Part shown: piece after piece, positions 27,493-37,900 of the stretch
How positions within the stretch are numbered: the stretch's first letter is position 1
Layout: every line of letters begins with the position of its first letter
Virus record (IMG/VR): IMGVR_UViG_3300025161_000009
Span: 1 to 53,777 of that record
Strand: one strand, 5' to 3'
Source: a virus
Taxonomy: Duplodnaviria; Caudoviricetes
DNA length: 53,777 bases
Position numbers and translations under genes: made by a program
The notes under the pieces: model-generated
What the model was told of the DNA's origin: nothing
What the model saw: the letters and a program-made list of their open reading frames with translations, nothing else
Databases searched by the model: none

Positions 27493-28488
27493 CTAGGTTG
27501 GGTTAGTAGTAGTAGGACCATTCATACAATGGTTGTTAATCCAGGCATCATTAGCATCTGCAGAGCAAAAGTCATTGTAGTCACCATTTGCCGGGACAGG
27601 CAGGAGGCAGGATAAGTAGTTATCTGCAACCATATTATAACCAGACCCAGCAGACGTATTTATCCCCTGGTTAGTAGCAAGAGCTCCACCTTGGGCATTG
27701 CTGTTATAAATATGGTTACCTACAATGAAGGACTGGGTTATCTCAGGAACTATGATGGCACCTGCCAGGCACTCTATAAACCAGTTATCCCGGATAATAC
27801 AGTATGCAGATGCAGTTCCTGCAGGGTTAGCATAGATAGCATAGGAGTCTAAACTTGCAAAGAGACAGTCAGATATCTCTGCAAACCAGACATAATCTAG
27901 CTCTATTCCGATATCTATATTGGAGTCAAAGGTGCAGTGTCTAACTATCAAGTTATCCCCAAAGGTGGTAACACCATTCCAAGATGAGAAGATTGCTCTA
28001 CCCCCTTTTGTTCCACCCTGGAAGGAGAAACCCTCAATGAGGCAGTCACAAGCAGTAACAGTAATACAGGTACCCGCACCTGCAGCAGTAACTGGCTCCC
28101 ATACCACACCCACAGTACCAGCAGGGGCTACCCCTACCAGTCTGACACCTGGAACATTAAGTACAACCTCCTCCCGGATGGGTAAAGCATACCCAAGGGA
28201 TGAGTCAGAGTACTGCCAGGCATTATTACCCATTACAGCTATAACATCCCCCCGGTAGGGTTGGCATAGAGCAATAGCCCGGGCAACAGTAACTAAGGGT
28301 GCAGAAGGAAGGGTCCCATCATTAGAATCTGAGGCATTAGGGTGGTTGGGGTCAACATAAAAGACTGCCCCAGAACTATGAGATCTAAGAACTAACTCTA
28401 CATCTGAGCCCTTAACACCCATCTGACCGGGGAACCACTGAGGGAGTCTAGTCAATGGTATTGGCCAAATAACGTTTCCACCAGGCAT
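27493..28488 (-). CDS. Pectin-lyase-like beta-helix virion protein
   Basis: FYVD....SD.NDG....P..T...A start; repeated I..N/C.F beta-helix rungs. Confidence 0.75.
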   Translation of the reverse strand: MPGGNVIWPIPLTRLPQWFPGQMGVKGSDVELVLRSHSSGAVFYVDPNHPNASDSNDGTLPSAPLVTVARAIALCQPYRGDVIAVMGNNAWQYSDSSLGYALPIREEVVLNVPGVRLVGVAPAGTVGVVWEPVTAAGAGTCITVTACDCLIEGFSFQGGTKGGRAIFSSWNGVTTFGDNLIVRHCTFDSNIDIGIELDYVWFAEISDCLFASLDSYAIYANPAGTASAYCIIRDNWFIECLAGAIIVPEITQSFIVGNHIYNSNAQGGALATNQGINTSAGSGYNMVADNYLSCLLPVPANGDYNDFCSADANDAWINNHCMNGPTTTNPT

Positions 28489-28506
28489 AATAACCTCCTT
28501 TTACTT

Positions 28507-28776
28507 TCAAGGTAAATCCTGGGGAACCCACAGTGGAGGGGCATACCCAGGTTTTCTTGGATCTTTGATCTGGGGTGTAGGAGGAGCTCCTTGAAGAAGA
28601 GAGTTCACCTTTTGACGTAGTATCTCCTCCAAGAAAGCCGGTGTAGCTTGAGGGCCCCAAGCTGTAGGATCCGCTAGTCTATACCCAGTTGGGTTGGTTT
28701 TATCTGGGACTAACCCAAGAAGGGCAGCATGCTCAGGGCTGCCATGGGGTACATAATCTGGTTGGTTAGTAGTCAT
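28507..28776 (-). CDS. Hypothetical protein after the capsid gene
   Basis: AGGAG SD; Pro-rich. Confidence 0.65.
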   Translation of the reverse strand: MTTNQPDYVPHGSPEHAALLGLVPDKTNPTGYRLADPTAWGPQATPAFLEEILRQKVNSLLQGAPPTPQIKDPRKPGYAPPLWVPQDLP

Positions 28777-28787
28777 AGTACTCTCCT

Positions 28788-29930
28788 TTAAGCCGCTGTT
28801 CCACTTGAGTAGTAGGCACCTCGGGCATCAAACAGATTACCCTGAGTACCGTCAATGTAGGTCCCCCACTCGTCATGGACTTTGACGACCACATTTCCAG
28901 TAGCAAAGTCACCCATAATAGGAGGAACTACCCCACCCCCACCCGTCAGAGAAGTGATACTCTCAATGTCTGAGCGCTTCCGCAGGAGTAAGGGGGCAGG
29001 CACACCCTGCCGGCGGGCGAGTACAAAGGGTACAATCCCATTTGCTCTCCAATCAGAAAAAGCCCACCAAGGCAGGTTAGGAGCTACTGCAGCAATAAAG
29101 GGATTCTCAATCGGAACAAAAGTCCCTTTCACTACGTTGACTGCATTGGTCGCCAGCTCAGGAACTAGGGTGCTATTCTGGATGGTCGCTACAGTATCAA
29201 CTAGACCTGAGGGGAAGACAATGTACCTAAGAGAAGCATTGATTGGCTCACCTCGGTCATTCAACCGCTGGTTGAAAGCCATCCGTGCCTCTGAGATCCG
29301 GGCGGTAGTCAACCGACCAGTGGTAGAGTATAAAGCACCTAAAGCAATCAAGCGGGCAACAGTCACAGCGTTGGTCATCATCCGAGAGACAAACTTCTCA
29401 AGGCTTCTCCGAGCAGCACGTCCCATTTCCATAGCGGTATCAGCAAAGTACCCCAAGTCGTCATTGACCAGTGCTTCCATTGAGAAGTCGAATTGCTTCT
29501 CAAACTTATAGACCCGGTACTGGCGCTTGGTAGCATCTACCATAGAACCAGGGCGAGCCTCGCCTTTCTCACCCACATATTCCAAGTCATCTAACCCAGC
29601 CCGGCGCTGGTAACGGGTGACTGTCATAAAGTTGGGTAGAGTATCTGGCTTTACTAGAGGCTCAAACTCAAAGCTCTTTTCTTGATAACCTGGAACCATT
29701 TGGCGCTGGACAAACTCTTGAAGGGCATAGGTAAAGTCTGCAGAGGTCATAACCTCTTGGAGTTTTGTCTCAGGGGTATCAAAGCCTCCATACTCGTTAA
29801 CAGTAACCCCGTTGAGGGCAGTATCCAGAAAGCGGTACATATCCTTAACCTCCTGGATCCTAGCCTCAGGGGCGATCCCTTCAAGCCTAGCAAGACGATA
29901 GTTCATAAGTAAAGACACGATTCTACGCAT
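28788..29930 (-). CDS. Major capsid protein (HK97 fold, Mu gpT-like)
   Basis: V.E.GE, KF.K.F.FS.EALVNDDLG and G.AARR..E motifs; strong GGAGGTG SD. Confidence 0.88.
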   Translation of the reverse strand: MRRIVSLLMNYRLARLEGIAPEARIQEVKDMYRFLDTALNGVTVNEYGGFDTPETKLQEVMTSADFTYALQEFVQRQMVPGYQEKSFEFEPLVKPDTLPNFMTVTRYQRRAGLDDLEYVGEKGEARPGSMVDATKRQYRVYKFEKQFDFSMEALVNDDLGYFADTAMEMGRAARRSLEKFVSRMMTNAVTVARLIALGALYSTTGRLTTARISEARMAFNQRLNDRGEPINASLRYIVFPSGLVDTVATIQNSTLVPELATNAVNVVKGTFVPIENPFIAAVAPNLPWWAFSDWRANGIVPFVLARRQGVPAPLLLRKRSDIESITSLTGGGGVVPPIMGDFATGNVVVKVHDEWGTYIDGTQGNLFDARGAYYSSGTAA

Positions 29931-29948
29931 AGTTCACCTCCAAAGAGA

Positions 29949-30536
29949 TTAGTAGTTGTCAGGCCAGAGCATGACAGTAACCAAAGTATAGACCAAGGAG
30001 TTAGCAACAGACTTTGGCCAGTCAGCCGCTGTATTAGGACCCCCAACATAAAAGTCAGGGTAGTCATCCTGGTCATAGAACAAGTACCCAGCAAGAGGGT
30101 TACTATTCCCTGCATCATTGAGTGGTGAGCGGGACAGTGTAACTCCTGCATCAAGGGCCACTGAGTCGTCAATATAGACTGGTTCTCCAATTGCTAAGGA
30201 CTGGTCAAAAGTAGCAGGAGACCCAGCACTGTAGGTCAGCACGTTAGCCACGTAGGCTTTAGCGCAGAACCCAGGGGCAAGATTAACCTGTGCGATAGAA
30301 GTACCAGAGTTATAGGTCATAACAACCCCAACCATGTTGATTGGACGCAGTGCTTTAGGTCCGATTGCCAAGAAAGGGTGCAAGCCATCAGCTAGATCAT
30401 CCTTATCTCCAGCATTATCAGACTCTGAGTTTGGCCCCTGAGGCCATAAGTCCGCAGCAAGAAAAGCACGGGATAAAATAGGACCAGAAGATGACTCCCA
30501 GTCTGTACCAAAGTAGAACTCAGCAGTATTAGGCAT
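29949..30536 (-). CDS. Head decoration / cement protein
   Basis: Between protease and capsid genes; IG.PVY motif as in DUF2190-like proteins. Confidence 0.6.
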   Translation of the reverse strand: MPNTAEFYFGTDWESSSGPILSRAFLAADLWPQGPNSESDNAGDKDDLADGLHPFLAIGPKALRPINMVGVVMTYNSGTSIAQVNLAPGFCAKAYVANVLTYSAGSPATFDQSLAIGEPVYIDDSVALDAGVTLSRSPLNDAGNSNPLAGYLFYDQDDYPDFYVGGPNTAADWPKSVANSLVYTLVTVMLWPDNY

Positions 30537-30547
30537 AGTTTACCTCC

Positions 30548-32341
30548 TTATTTGACACCGAAAGCTCGGTCAATCTCTTCTAACCGTTGGACAATATCTT
30601 CCTCCTTAACCCCTTCAGGAGTAGAAGAAGAGCCTCCCACAGAAAAGGGTCTCCCTGAACCAGTAAGGGCCTTCAGGTACTCAACTTCCTTAGTTATAGC
30701 AGTACCGAGGTCTTCCTCAGTCTCATAGGACCCTTCTGCCAGTCGCTCCTGGGATACAGTCGGAAGCTTTGTCTCCCCTAATAACTTCTTAATAGTTTCT
30801 TTATCCAGCATAGTAGTATCTCCTTCAGTAATAGGTTCGTTAGGACTGGTACCATCCGGGAACCGCACCTGGGATCCCTCCTCGTTCTCAGATACCCTCA
30901 GTGCATGGCCACCTGCCCCTGCCCGGGTAACCCAGTCAACTGATTCCACATTAAGTATATCTAAAATCTTCTTGCCTTTTCTTCCTCCTTCCTCAAAGGT
31001 TGCCCTTTCTGCTACAGCGTCTGCAAGGATAGAGCATTCCATCTTTTCTAATAAACCTTTAGAATCCAGGTTGATAATCCTTTGGGCAAAACTGGGGTCA
31101 TGGACAGCAACCCTTACTATAGGAGCACCATCCGAGGTATAGCCCTTCACCCCAGTTATAGTAGAGACCCAAGTTCTAGTCGACTTCTCACCAGGCTTAT
31201 GGTCTGTCTCATACATCTTGGCCCCCACGAACTTCTCAACTGTCTTGTTTGAGGCAAGAAGTTCCTTGGAGTAATAGTGGTTATCTCTCTGGTTACCCCA
31301 ACCTGGTTTAATTAGAACCACGTCCATCTCCAGGGCATTAGGTTCGGGTTGAACCTCCCCAACAAGCACAGGTGATCCGTCAAAGCTCTCAGAAACTTTT
31401 TCTACAACTACCATAGGCTCAGGTTCGTTACTCTCAATACTAGGCTCAGGTTCAGGTTCATTACTCTCAGTACTAGATTCGGATTCAGCCTCTACCTCCA
31501 AGTCCTTCCATGTCTTTCTAAATGTCTCCCTAAGTGCCTTCACTTGAGATAAAATTGACTTAGGTAGGACCCTCTCAGATAGAAGGGCATCCAGTGCCTT
31601 AACGGCATTGATAACTGCAGACTTCACAGTAGCAGCCTCACCTGCCTCTGTCTGGATATTCTCTATCTCTTTAGGGATCATCTCAGAGTACTCATAAACT
31701 AGATTATATAGTAACTCAATCCTATCTAAATCTGAATCTTCAGGGTTACAGTACAAGACATTCCAAATTAAACTCTGAAACTCATTATTTATCTCTTTGA
31801 GCTCCTCTGCTAGGGTATTTAGTTTCTTGTAATTCTTAAGATCCCTGAATGTGATTATGGTCGATGGAATATACTCAATTTCTGTCTGCTCTGGACCAGT
31901 AAGGTACTCCTCTCCAACCTTTTTCTCCTCCCCACGCCAAGTAGTAGTCCCAGACCACTGGTCCTTCAACCAGGCACAGAGTACAGTTGGGTCATCAATG
32001 CCTTCTACATCCTGGAGTTTACTCACACAGGTAGTAACACTACCATCTGCCCAATCCCCAAAAGTATCAATGAGGTTCTGGACTCCTCCAACCTCAGAAA
32101 TTCCAAGTACCTCGTGCAACTTCTTTACCAGTAGAGACTTAGGTTTGTAACCCTTAGGAACCTCAGGGGCTTTCTCAGTTTTAACCTTTGTAGGCATCCC
32201 TTCACCTTCTTTCTGGTGTTTGAAGAACTGGACTTCCCTTTCCCGTTTCTTTGCTTCTTCAGGAGTATCATAAGGTCCACCCAGTTTCTTAGACCCATCT
32301 CTAGAATAAAGGTACCACTTACCAGAAATCTTCTTAATCAT
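30548..32341 (-). CDS. Prohead protease-scaffold fusion with extra N-terminal domains
   Basis: G.GN....YY, MY.DH, CSI and SVDWVT..GAGG protease motifs; helical scaffold C-terminus. Confidence 0.8.
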   Translation of the reverse strand: MIKKISGKWYLYSRDGSKKLGGPYDTPEEAKKREREVQFFKHQKEGEGMPTKVKTEKAPEVPKGYKPKSLLVKKLHEVLGISEVGGVQNLIDTFGDWADGSVTTCVSKLQDVEGIDDPTVLCAWLKDQWSGTTTWRGEEKKVGEEYLTGPEQTEIEYIPSTIITFRDLKNYKKLNTLAEELKEINNEFQSLIWNVLYCNPEDSDLDRIELLYNLVYEYSEMIPKEIENIQTEAGEAATVKSAVINAVKALDALLSERVLPKSILSQVKALRETFRKTWKDLEVEAESESSTESNEPEPEPSIESNEPEPMVVVEKVSESFDGSPVLVGEVQPEPNALEMDVVLIKPGWGNQRDNHYYSKELLASNKTVEKFVGAKMYETDHKPGEKSTRTWVSTITGVKGYTSDGAPIVRVAVHDPSFAQRIINLDSKGLLEKMECSILADAVAERATFEEGGRKGKKILDILNVESVDWVTRAGAGGHALRVSENEEGSQVRFPDGTSPNEPITEGDTTMLDKETIKKLLGETKLPTVSQERLAEGSYETEEDLGTAITKEVEYLKALTGSGRPFSVGGSSSTPEGVKEEDIVQRLEEIDRAFGVK

Positions 32342-32343
32342 AC

Positions 32344-32436
32344 TAGCACTGTTATAATCTCAAGTTCCACTGTTAGAAGATACCTGTCACTGGTTACTTG
32401 CGCATATTACTCTGTAATATGCGCAAGTAAACAGTG
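32344..32436 (+). repeat. 93-bp element copy A (CACTG boxes plus 17-bp hairpin)
   Basis: Reverse complement of 44727-44819 apart from the covarying stem, one loop base and 4 flank bases. Confidence 0.9.
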
Positions 32437-32491
32437 CTTCCCATGGATCTTTGAATCCATTGTAACACAAAACTCAAGGGTTTTACTAACT

Positions 32492-34006
32492 TCACGGCGC
32501 ACAGCCTCCTACTATACTATTGGTATCCTGCCCAGTTCCAGCTACCCAGGCTGCTACTGTAGAATAGGTAGGTGCCCCCAGCTTGAATGAGATGGAATTA
32601 GTATCAAAGCAGTTGTAGTCGCTAGAAAGAAAGGCAGGAACTGAGGTTAGATAGATAGCAGAGGCAAACCCCAATCCAAAGACAACCCTAGAGAGGGTTA
32701 TAGACACCCCTGCATTAGTTCCATAAACTACCCTGGATGGACCTATGAATGAGGTTCCCCTTACATTAGAGTCAGTGACAGTGATTGTCCCAGCACCAGT
32801 ACTATAGATAATTAACGAGTTATCCAGAGAAGCATCAACATCTAAGTTAGAAACAGAAACAGTAGCACTACCAAAGTCTACTGCCCTTGATAATGTCCCA
32901 GTACATTTGAACCCATCTATAGTAGTAAGGATCCCCAAACTAGCCCCAAAAGTGGTATTGTGGACCCAACAGTTACTTATCACTAGAGAAGTAGCATTAG
33001 ACTGAGCGAATCCAATATGGATATTCTCACAGTATGAGTCAAGGTAGGTTATAGTACCAAAGTTACCACTGACGTTCCTATGCCCTGAGAACCCATTCAT
33101 ACCAAACTGCTTGGCAGACATTAAGCATCTACATCTAAGGAAGACTGAAGTCTCCCCAGATGGGCTATCATCATTGAGTACAAACATGGTAGCTGAGGCA
33201 AGATTGTAATATGCCTCCTGGGCTGTAACATCTACCAGGTTAGACCCTCTCCTTACATAGAGATTATGCTTATTCCCATAGGATGCTAGGCAACCTATAA
33301 CAGTAGAAAAAGGTCCTCCTCTTAAACTTCCGTCTTCATGCAGGTTACTCTTGGTATGGATTCCAATAAACTTGCAGTAAGACCTAGAGTACCCATCTAA
33401 CCCAAACTGCCTATGAGTATATTCATAGGTCTTTCCATCAACCCTTGGGTCAGTAGAACCAGTAGAGTGGATATATAAAGTGATGGTACCAGAGGACCCT
33501 GATGGATACATAGACCCTGGATTGGCATCACAGTTTGCTATACTAGACTGCCTAGTAAGATACTGGGAGTTAACATAGACATTTAACCATGACTTTCCAG
33601 GGAACCAAAGTGGGGTAATAACACATTGGTATACGTTAGTGTACCCACCAGTCTTTGTCCACTCACCTGGGGTAATGACATTAAGAGCATTCAGTATAGG
33701 AGGAGCACCAGAACCGTATGCCATGACAGTGCACCCATCCCCAGGGACGTCTAACTGTTCTCTCCACTCACTACCTCTAGCAAGCCCCACAGATTGGCCA
33801 GCACCCCAAACTGTCTCAACCTGAGCAATGGTTTGAAAGGCTTTATCTTTCGACTTGCCTGTATTAGAATCAGACCCATTCACTGAGTCTACATACCAGT
33901 CAAACTCTTCCTCTTGGACAATCGAGGTAGGGTAAAAACTTACAGGTCTAGTTTTCCTCAGTACTCGGTTACCTTTTGGGTCAACCCTTCTGGTTATCCC
34001 AAACAT
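32492..34006 (-). CDS. Pectin-lyase-like beta-helix protein
   Basis: WYVDS.NGSD.N.G.....AF.TI, L.RGS.WRE and AYGSG..P motifs; beta-helix rungs. Confidence 0.8.
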   Translation of the reverse strand: MFGITRRVDPKGNRVLRKTRPVSFYPTSIVQEEEFDWYVDSVNGSDSNTGKSKDKAFQTIAQVETVWGAGQSVGLARGSEWREQLDVPGDGCTVMAYGSGAPPILNALNVITPGEWTKTGGYTNVYQCVITPLWFPGKSWLNVYVNSQYLTRQSSIANCDANPGSMYPSGSSGTITLYIHSTGSTDPRVDGKTYEYTHRQFGLDGYSRSYCKFIGIHTKSNLHEDGSLRGGPFSTVIGCLASYGNKHNLYVRRGSNLVDVTAQEAYYNLASATMFVLNDDSPSGETSVFLRCRCLMSAKQFGMNGFSGHRNVSGNFGTITYLDSYCENIHIGFAQSNATSLVISNCWVHNTTFGASLGILTTIDGFKCTGTLSRAVDFGSATVSVSNLDVDASLDNSLIIYSTGAGTITVTDSNVRGTSFIGPSRVVYGTNAGVSITLSRVVFGLGFASAIYLTSVPAFLSSDYNCFDTNSISFKLGAPTYSTVAAWVAGTGQDTNSIVGGCAP

Positions 34007-34014
34007 AAGACACC

Positions 34015-34485
34015 TTAGAATAAATAAGCAGTAATCTGGAGGGTTCCTGGGGTACCTACTGCACCTGACTCTCTTGCTCTAACCATCATCCGCTCAATGA
34101 CCGAGCCAAGGTGGATCACAAAGATAACAGATTCAACAGTAGCACCAGTTGCTTGGTAGGTTTGGTACTCACGCTGGACACGGGACCGGGTGTCTACACC
34201 TGCCACAACTCCACCCCCTGAGAAGATAAGTTCAGTTGACCACTGTTGAGCACCAGCAGGGACATCCACTGCAGACGCATAGATAGAGTACAGGGATTGC
34301 CAGTCAAAAGCTCCCCCTGCACCTCCACGGGTATAGGTGAAGACTAGAGCAACTTCTTGGGCTCCTGCCGTAACTATTTCTGTAGGAGTGGCATCCCAGG
34401 CACCAGCGGCAGGCAAGGCAGCCGATGCCCTTACAACGATAGGGTTTCTAAACCCTGGAGGGTTAGGTCTCACATTTGGAAGCAT
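34015..34485 (-). CDS. Hypothetical (probable virion) protein
   Basis: A/G/T-rich beta protein in the head module. Confidence 0.6.
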   Translation of the reverse strand: MLPNVRPNPPGFRNPIVVRASAALPAAGAWDATPTEIVTAGAQEVALVFTYTRGGAGGAFDWQSLYSIYASAVDVPAGAQQWSTELIFSGGGVVAGVDTRSRVQREYQTYQATGATVESVIFVIHLGSVIERMMVRARESGAVGTPGTLQITAYLF

Positions 34486-34798
34486 TAGTGTTACCTCTCT
34501 TTTCTAGTATTGACTTGAACTGAAGTACCCGCCTTGAAGCTAGGAGTACCTCATCTCTAGGAACTATAATCTTAGTTATACCTTTGTTAGCTTCAAAGTA
34601 AAGGTCTATGTAGACTAGCATCCTTGATAAAATCTCCTTGACCTCTTGGGGCATAGTAGTATCTCTATGGAAGGCACCGATGACCCTCCCATCATAGTAA
34701 CCTATCTTAAAAGAGATTTCTGGGGAGTAATCAGAAGCATGGAAGTGCCATTGGTTTAGGTCTTGCCGATACTCCCAGTACCAGTCGTCTTGAGTCAA
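34463..34798 (-). CDS. Hypothetical protein
   Basis: Tiles within the operon. Confidence 0.55.
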   Translation of the reverse strand: MTQDDWYWEYRQDLNQWHFHASDYSPEISFKIGYYDGRVIGAFHRDTTMPQEVKEILSRMLVYIDLYFEANKGITKIIVPRDEVLLASRRVLQFKSILEKRGNTNASKCET

Positions 34799-34971
34799 GA
34801 TGGCTCCTCCTTTTCTCCCTCAGACCCTTTTGGGGCCTCAGGTTCACCCTTTAGTTGTCTGAGTATCTCATTATGGATCTTCAACTCATCCTTGTAACCA
34901 GGCAACTTCTTCATCCAGTCGTCATTTTCTACGGTGTTGTTTTTAATAACAACCTTCTTCTCCTCAGCCAT
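34795..34971 (-). CDS. Small hypothetical protein
   Basis: ATG 34971 (MAEEKK) immediately after the MuF stop. Confidence 0.55.
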   Translation of the reverse strand: MAEEKKVVIKNNTVENDDWMKKLPGYKDELKIHNEILRQLKGEPEAPKGSEGEKEEPS

Positions 34972-34972
34972 T

Positions 34973-37900
34973 TTAGTCCTTCCTTGCCACAAAAGCAGTA
35001 AAATTCCCACCAAGGATAACCATCTCCCTCTCACTTAGACACCCAATACCAGACATAGCAGTAGAAAAGATGTTAGAAATAGGAACCTTTATACCAAGGG
35101 CTACATTCCCAAATATCTCAGTTGTACCAGGTCTGGTAGTCCAGGATTCTAAGCAGTTACCCTGGTACTCAACAAAGGTCCCAAAGTCCACATCTCCAGG
35201 GAAGTGGATACCTCGGTAAAGGTAAATCTCATCATCCCCCTTGTACCCCTGGGACTTGAAGAAGTCTTGAGTCTCATCATAAACTGCTCTAATAAACTTA
35301 TCATAAGCCCCAGTTTCCCTCCAAGTCTCCGCTGCCTCCCATTCCTCTAGAAGGTCCATCTTATCTGGTATCCAAGGTGCAAAGAGAGAGTCATACCTTC
35401 TAGTAGCACCCTCCATCCTCTGCATTGCCTCATTTGCTTCCTCAGTCATCCCTCTACTTAGATAATAGGAGGCATCATCCCCTGCCTTGACAATTTCTCT
35501 GACTAGCATAGCACCTTCTTCTACTGCTGCATACCTCTCTTTCTGCCACTCTGAGAGTTCCGTTCCAAAAAACTCAGATGCTGCTAGTTGGAGGTTGAGT
35601 GAGGCTGGGCTATTATCATTTGAAGATCCAGCCCAAGACTTTACCAGATGGTTACATGTTTCATAGTCTAAACCAGATCTGCCTGACAACCCCTTTATTA
35701 CCATATCTTTTGTCTTAGATGAGCCATATTCATCCATCCACCTGTGAGTAAGATCAAGGTGTTTCTGGTCCACTGGCCAGTACCCTGGACTAAACCTATT
35801 AGCTAGGACTTTAGCCCGGTCCTCAGCATTAAACATCTTTATCTGCCCTCTAGGAGTTTTGCCCCCTACCCCTCCTAGCTCCTTCTCCCTGTCTCTCAGA
35901 TCCCTGTAGAGTGCAGCTTTAGCCTCAATCTCATCCCTACTACCACTAGTATAAGAACTCACTCCTATCTTAGAAAAACCTCCACCAGGTGCTGACCCTC
36001 CATGCTGGCCAGGAATTCCATCATGCCCCCAATTGCCAGAAGTAGGTCCACCCTCGGATGTTATCTCTAGAGTAACTTTGATAAACTCAATGGGCTCATC
36101 CTCAAGGGCAACAGCCGGAAGAACCTCCTGTATTCTAGAGTACTCCTTGCATTGCTCAGGGGTGTAGTAGAACACAGATTCATCTTGACCCTGCACCATA
36201 CCCAACTTCCTGTAGAACCCCATAGCAGATTCTGCAGATACTAGTATCACCCCAGAGCCTGCCTTTGCCGCTCTGTCTACTATATCCTGCATAATTTGCC
36301 TACCCCATCCACTTTCACGGGTAGCAAGGTCCATGATCTCAATGTACTTACCATCAGGAATTCCCTCTCCAAAAGTGCTCTTTACCTTGTCTGGGCTCAA
36401 CTGCCTTATCTGGGCAACTGCTGCCAGTTTACCCTCGCTATCTACAATCGCCACCCCTTTAGCACCTTTGGACTTCCACCCAAAGGAGGTAGCCCGAGCA
36501 CCAATAGATGCCCGTTCACCCTCCCATCCCTTTACCTCCTCATGGAAGGCGTCTCCCTTAGGAGACCCGGGCTGGAAGGAGACTGGTTTGCCTGAACTAG
36601 CAGACCCTCCATGTTGTCCAGGTACTCCTAGGTGGCCAAAGTTACCAGAACCTTGACCACCTTCAGATAAACTGGAAGCATCTGACTCTCTCAACTGACC
36701 ATTGTATACTCCTGAGGCAGACAAGAACTCATCCCGGGTAGCCCGTATAATCCCCCTGCCTTCACTCTTTGAGTCATCTGCCTGCTCAAACCAAGATATC
36801 TCCTTGCCATCCTCAACCTTTATTCTGTCATCAAGTATAAGGTTCTGGAGACGCTTGAGCTCCTTTGTATTGAAGTACCCAGTCATTATAGCAACACTCT
36901 TATCTGGGAACTCTCTTACCCTGATAACCCCAGCCTTGAAGATCTTGTCTATTGCCCCCTTCATATTACCAGGTTCCTGGTCCTCCTTGGTCAGACCTAA
37001 TGCCTCGGGAGTTGAGGTATTCTTAATGTAGTTGAAGTGGTCCCCTTTTGCATCAATGAGTATCCCATCTGGATTTACTAGATATGCCTTTCCAATGCTA
37101 CTGGATGAAATCTCATCATAAGAACTAACTGCTCCTTCTATCTTGGGTGCAGACCCACCATGTTGACCAGGCACTCCCACATGGCCAAAGTTACCAGAAC
37201 CAGGACCACCTTCAAACAGAGACAGGTACCACAGCTCATGGGCAACCTCAGTAGCTTGGGGACCTGTGAAAATATCCCCATCAGGGTCAAGCAAGATATG
37301 CCGACAGCGGTACCCCTTGCACTCAAAGTTCTCATTCCCAGATTGCCCTGGGATTAGCCCATTCTCTACCCACCACCTGGCAGGATAGGTCTTCCCCTTG
37401 AGGTACTGGCATGTACTACAGGACTCCTCTCCATCTTCACCCCCAAAGGTCAAGGGCATCTCAAGTGCCCCCCGAACCCTTGCCTCAGAGTAAATACCAT
37501 CTAAGGTGTGGGTGTACCCCTCAGCCCTTGCCCAGATCCACTCTGCTACCTCATCTGGGTCTAATTCCCTCTTGAGTGACTTAAGGTCTTCCCACAGGCC
37601 GTCTGCATACCCTGACTCAGTTTCTATTCTACCTACTAACCAGGTAACTGCCTCATCCGGTATCTCCCCTCCCTTAGAATCTGCCCAGCCTGTATAGAAA
37701 GTTATGGTAAAGGCGTCATTAACAGCCCGGCGGAACTGGTTCCGGAAGCGGGTTATACTAGGATTTCCAGGGGAGGTCAAGTAGTCGAGCATAATATAAG
37801 ACAGAGTCTCTTGATACTCTAGCTTTATCTCTGATAACGATTGACCCAAAGAGAACTCCCCTGCCTTAGGGGCGAATCTCTCTAAAGGTCTTGAAAACTC

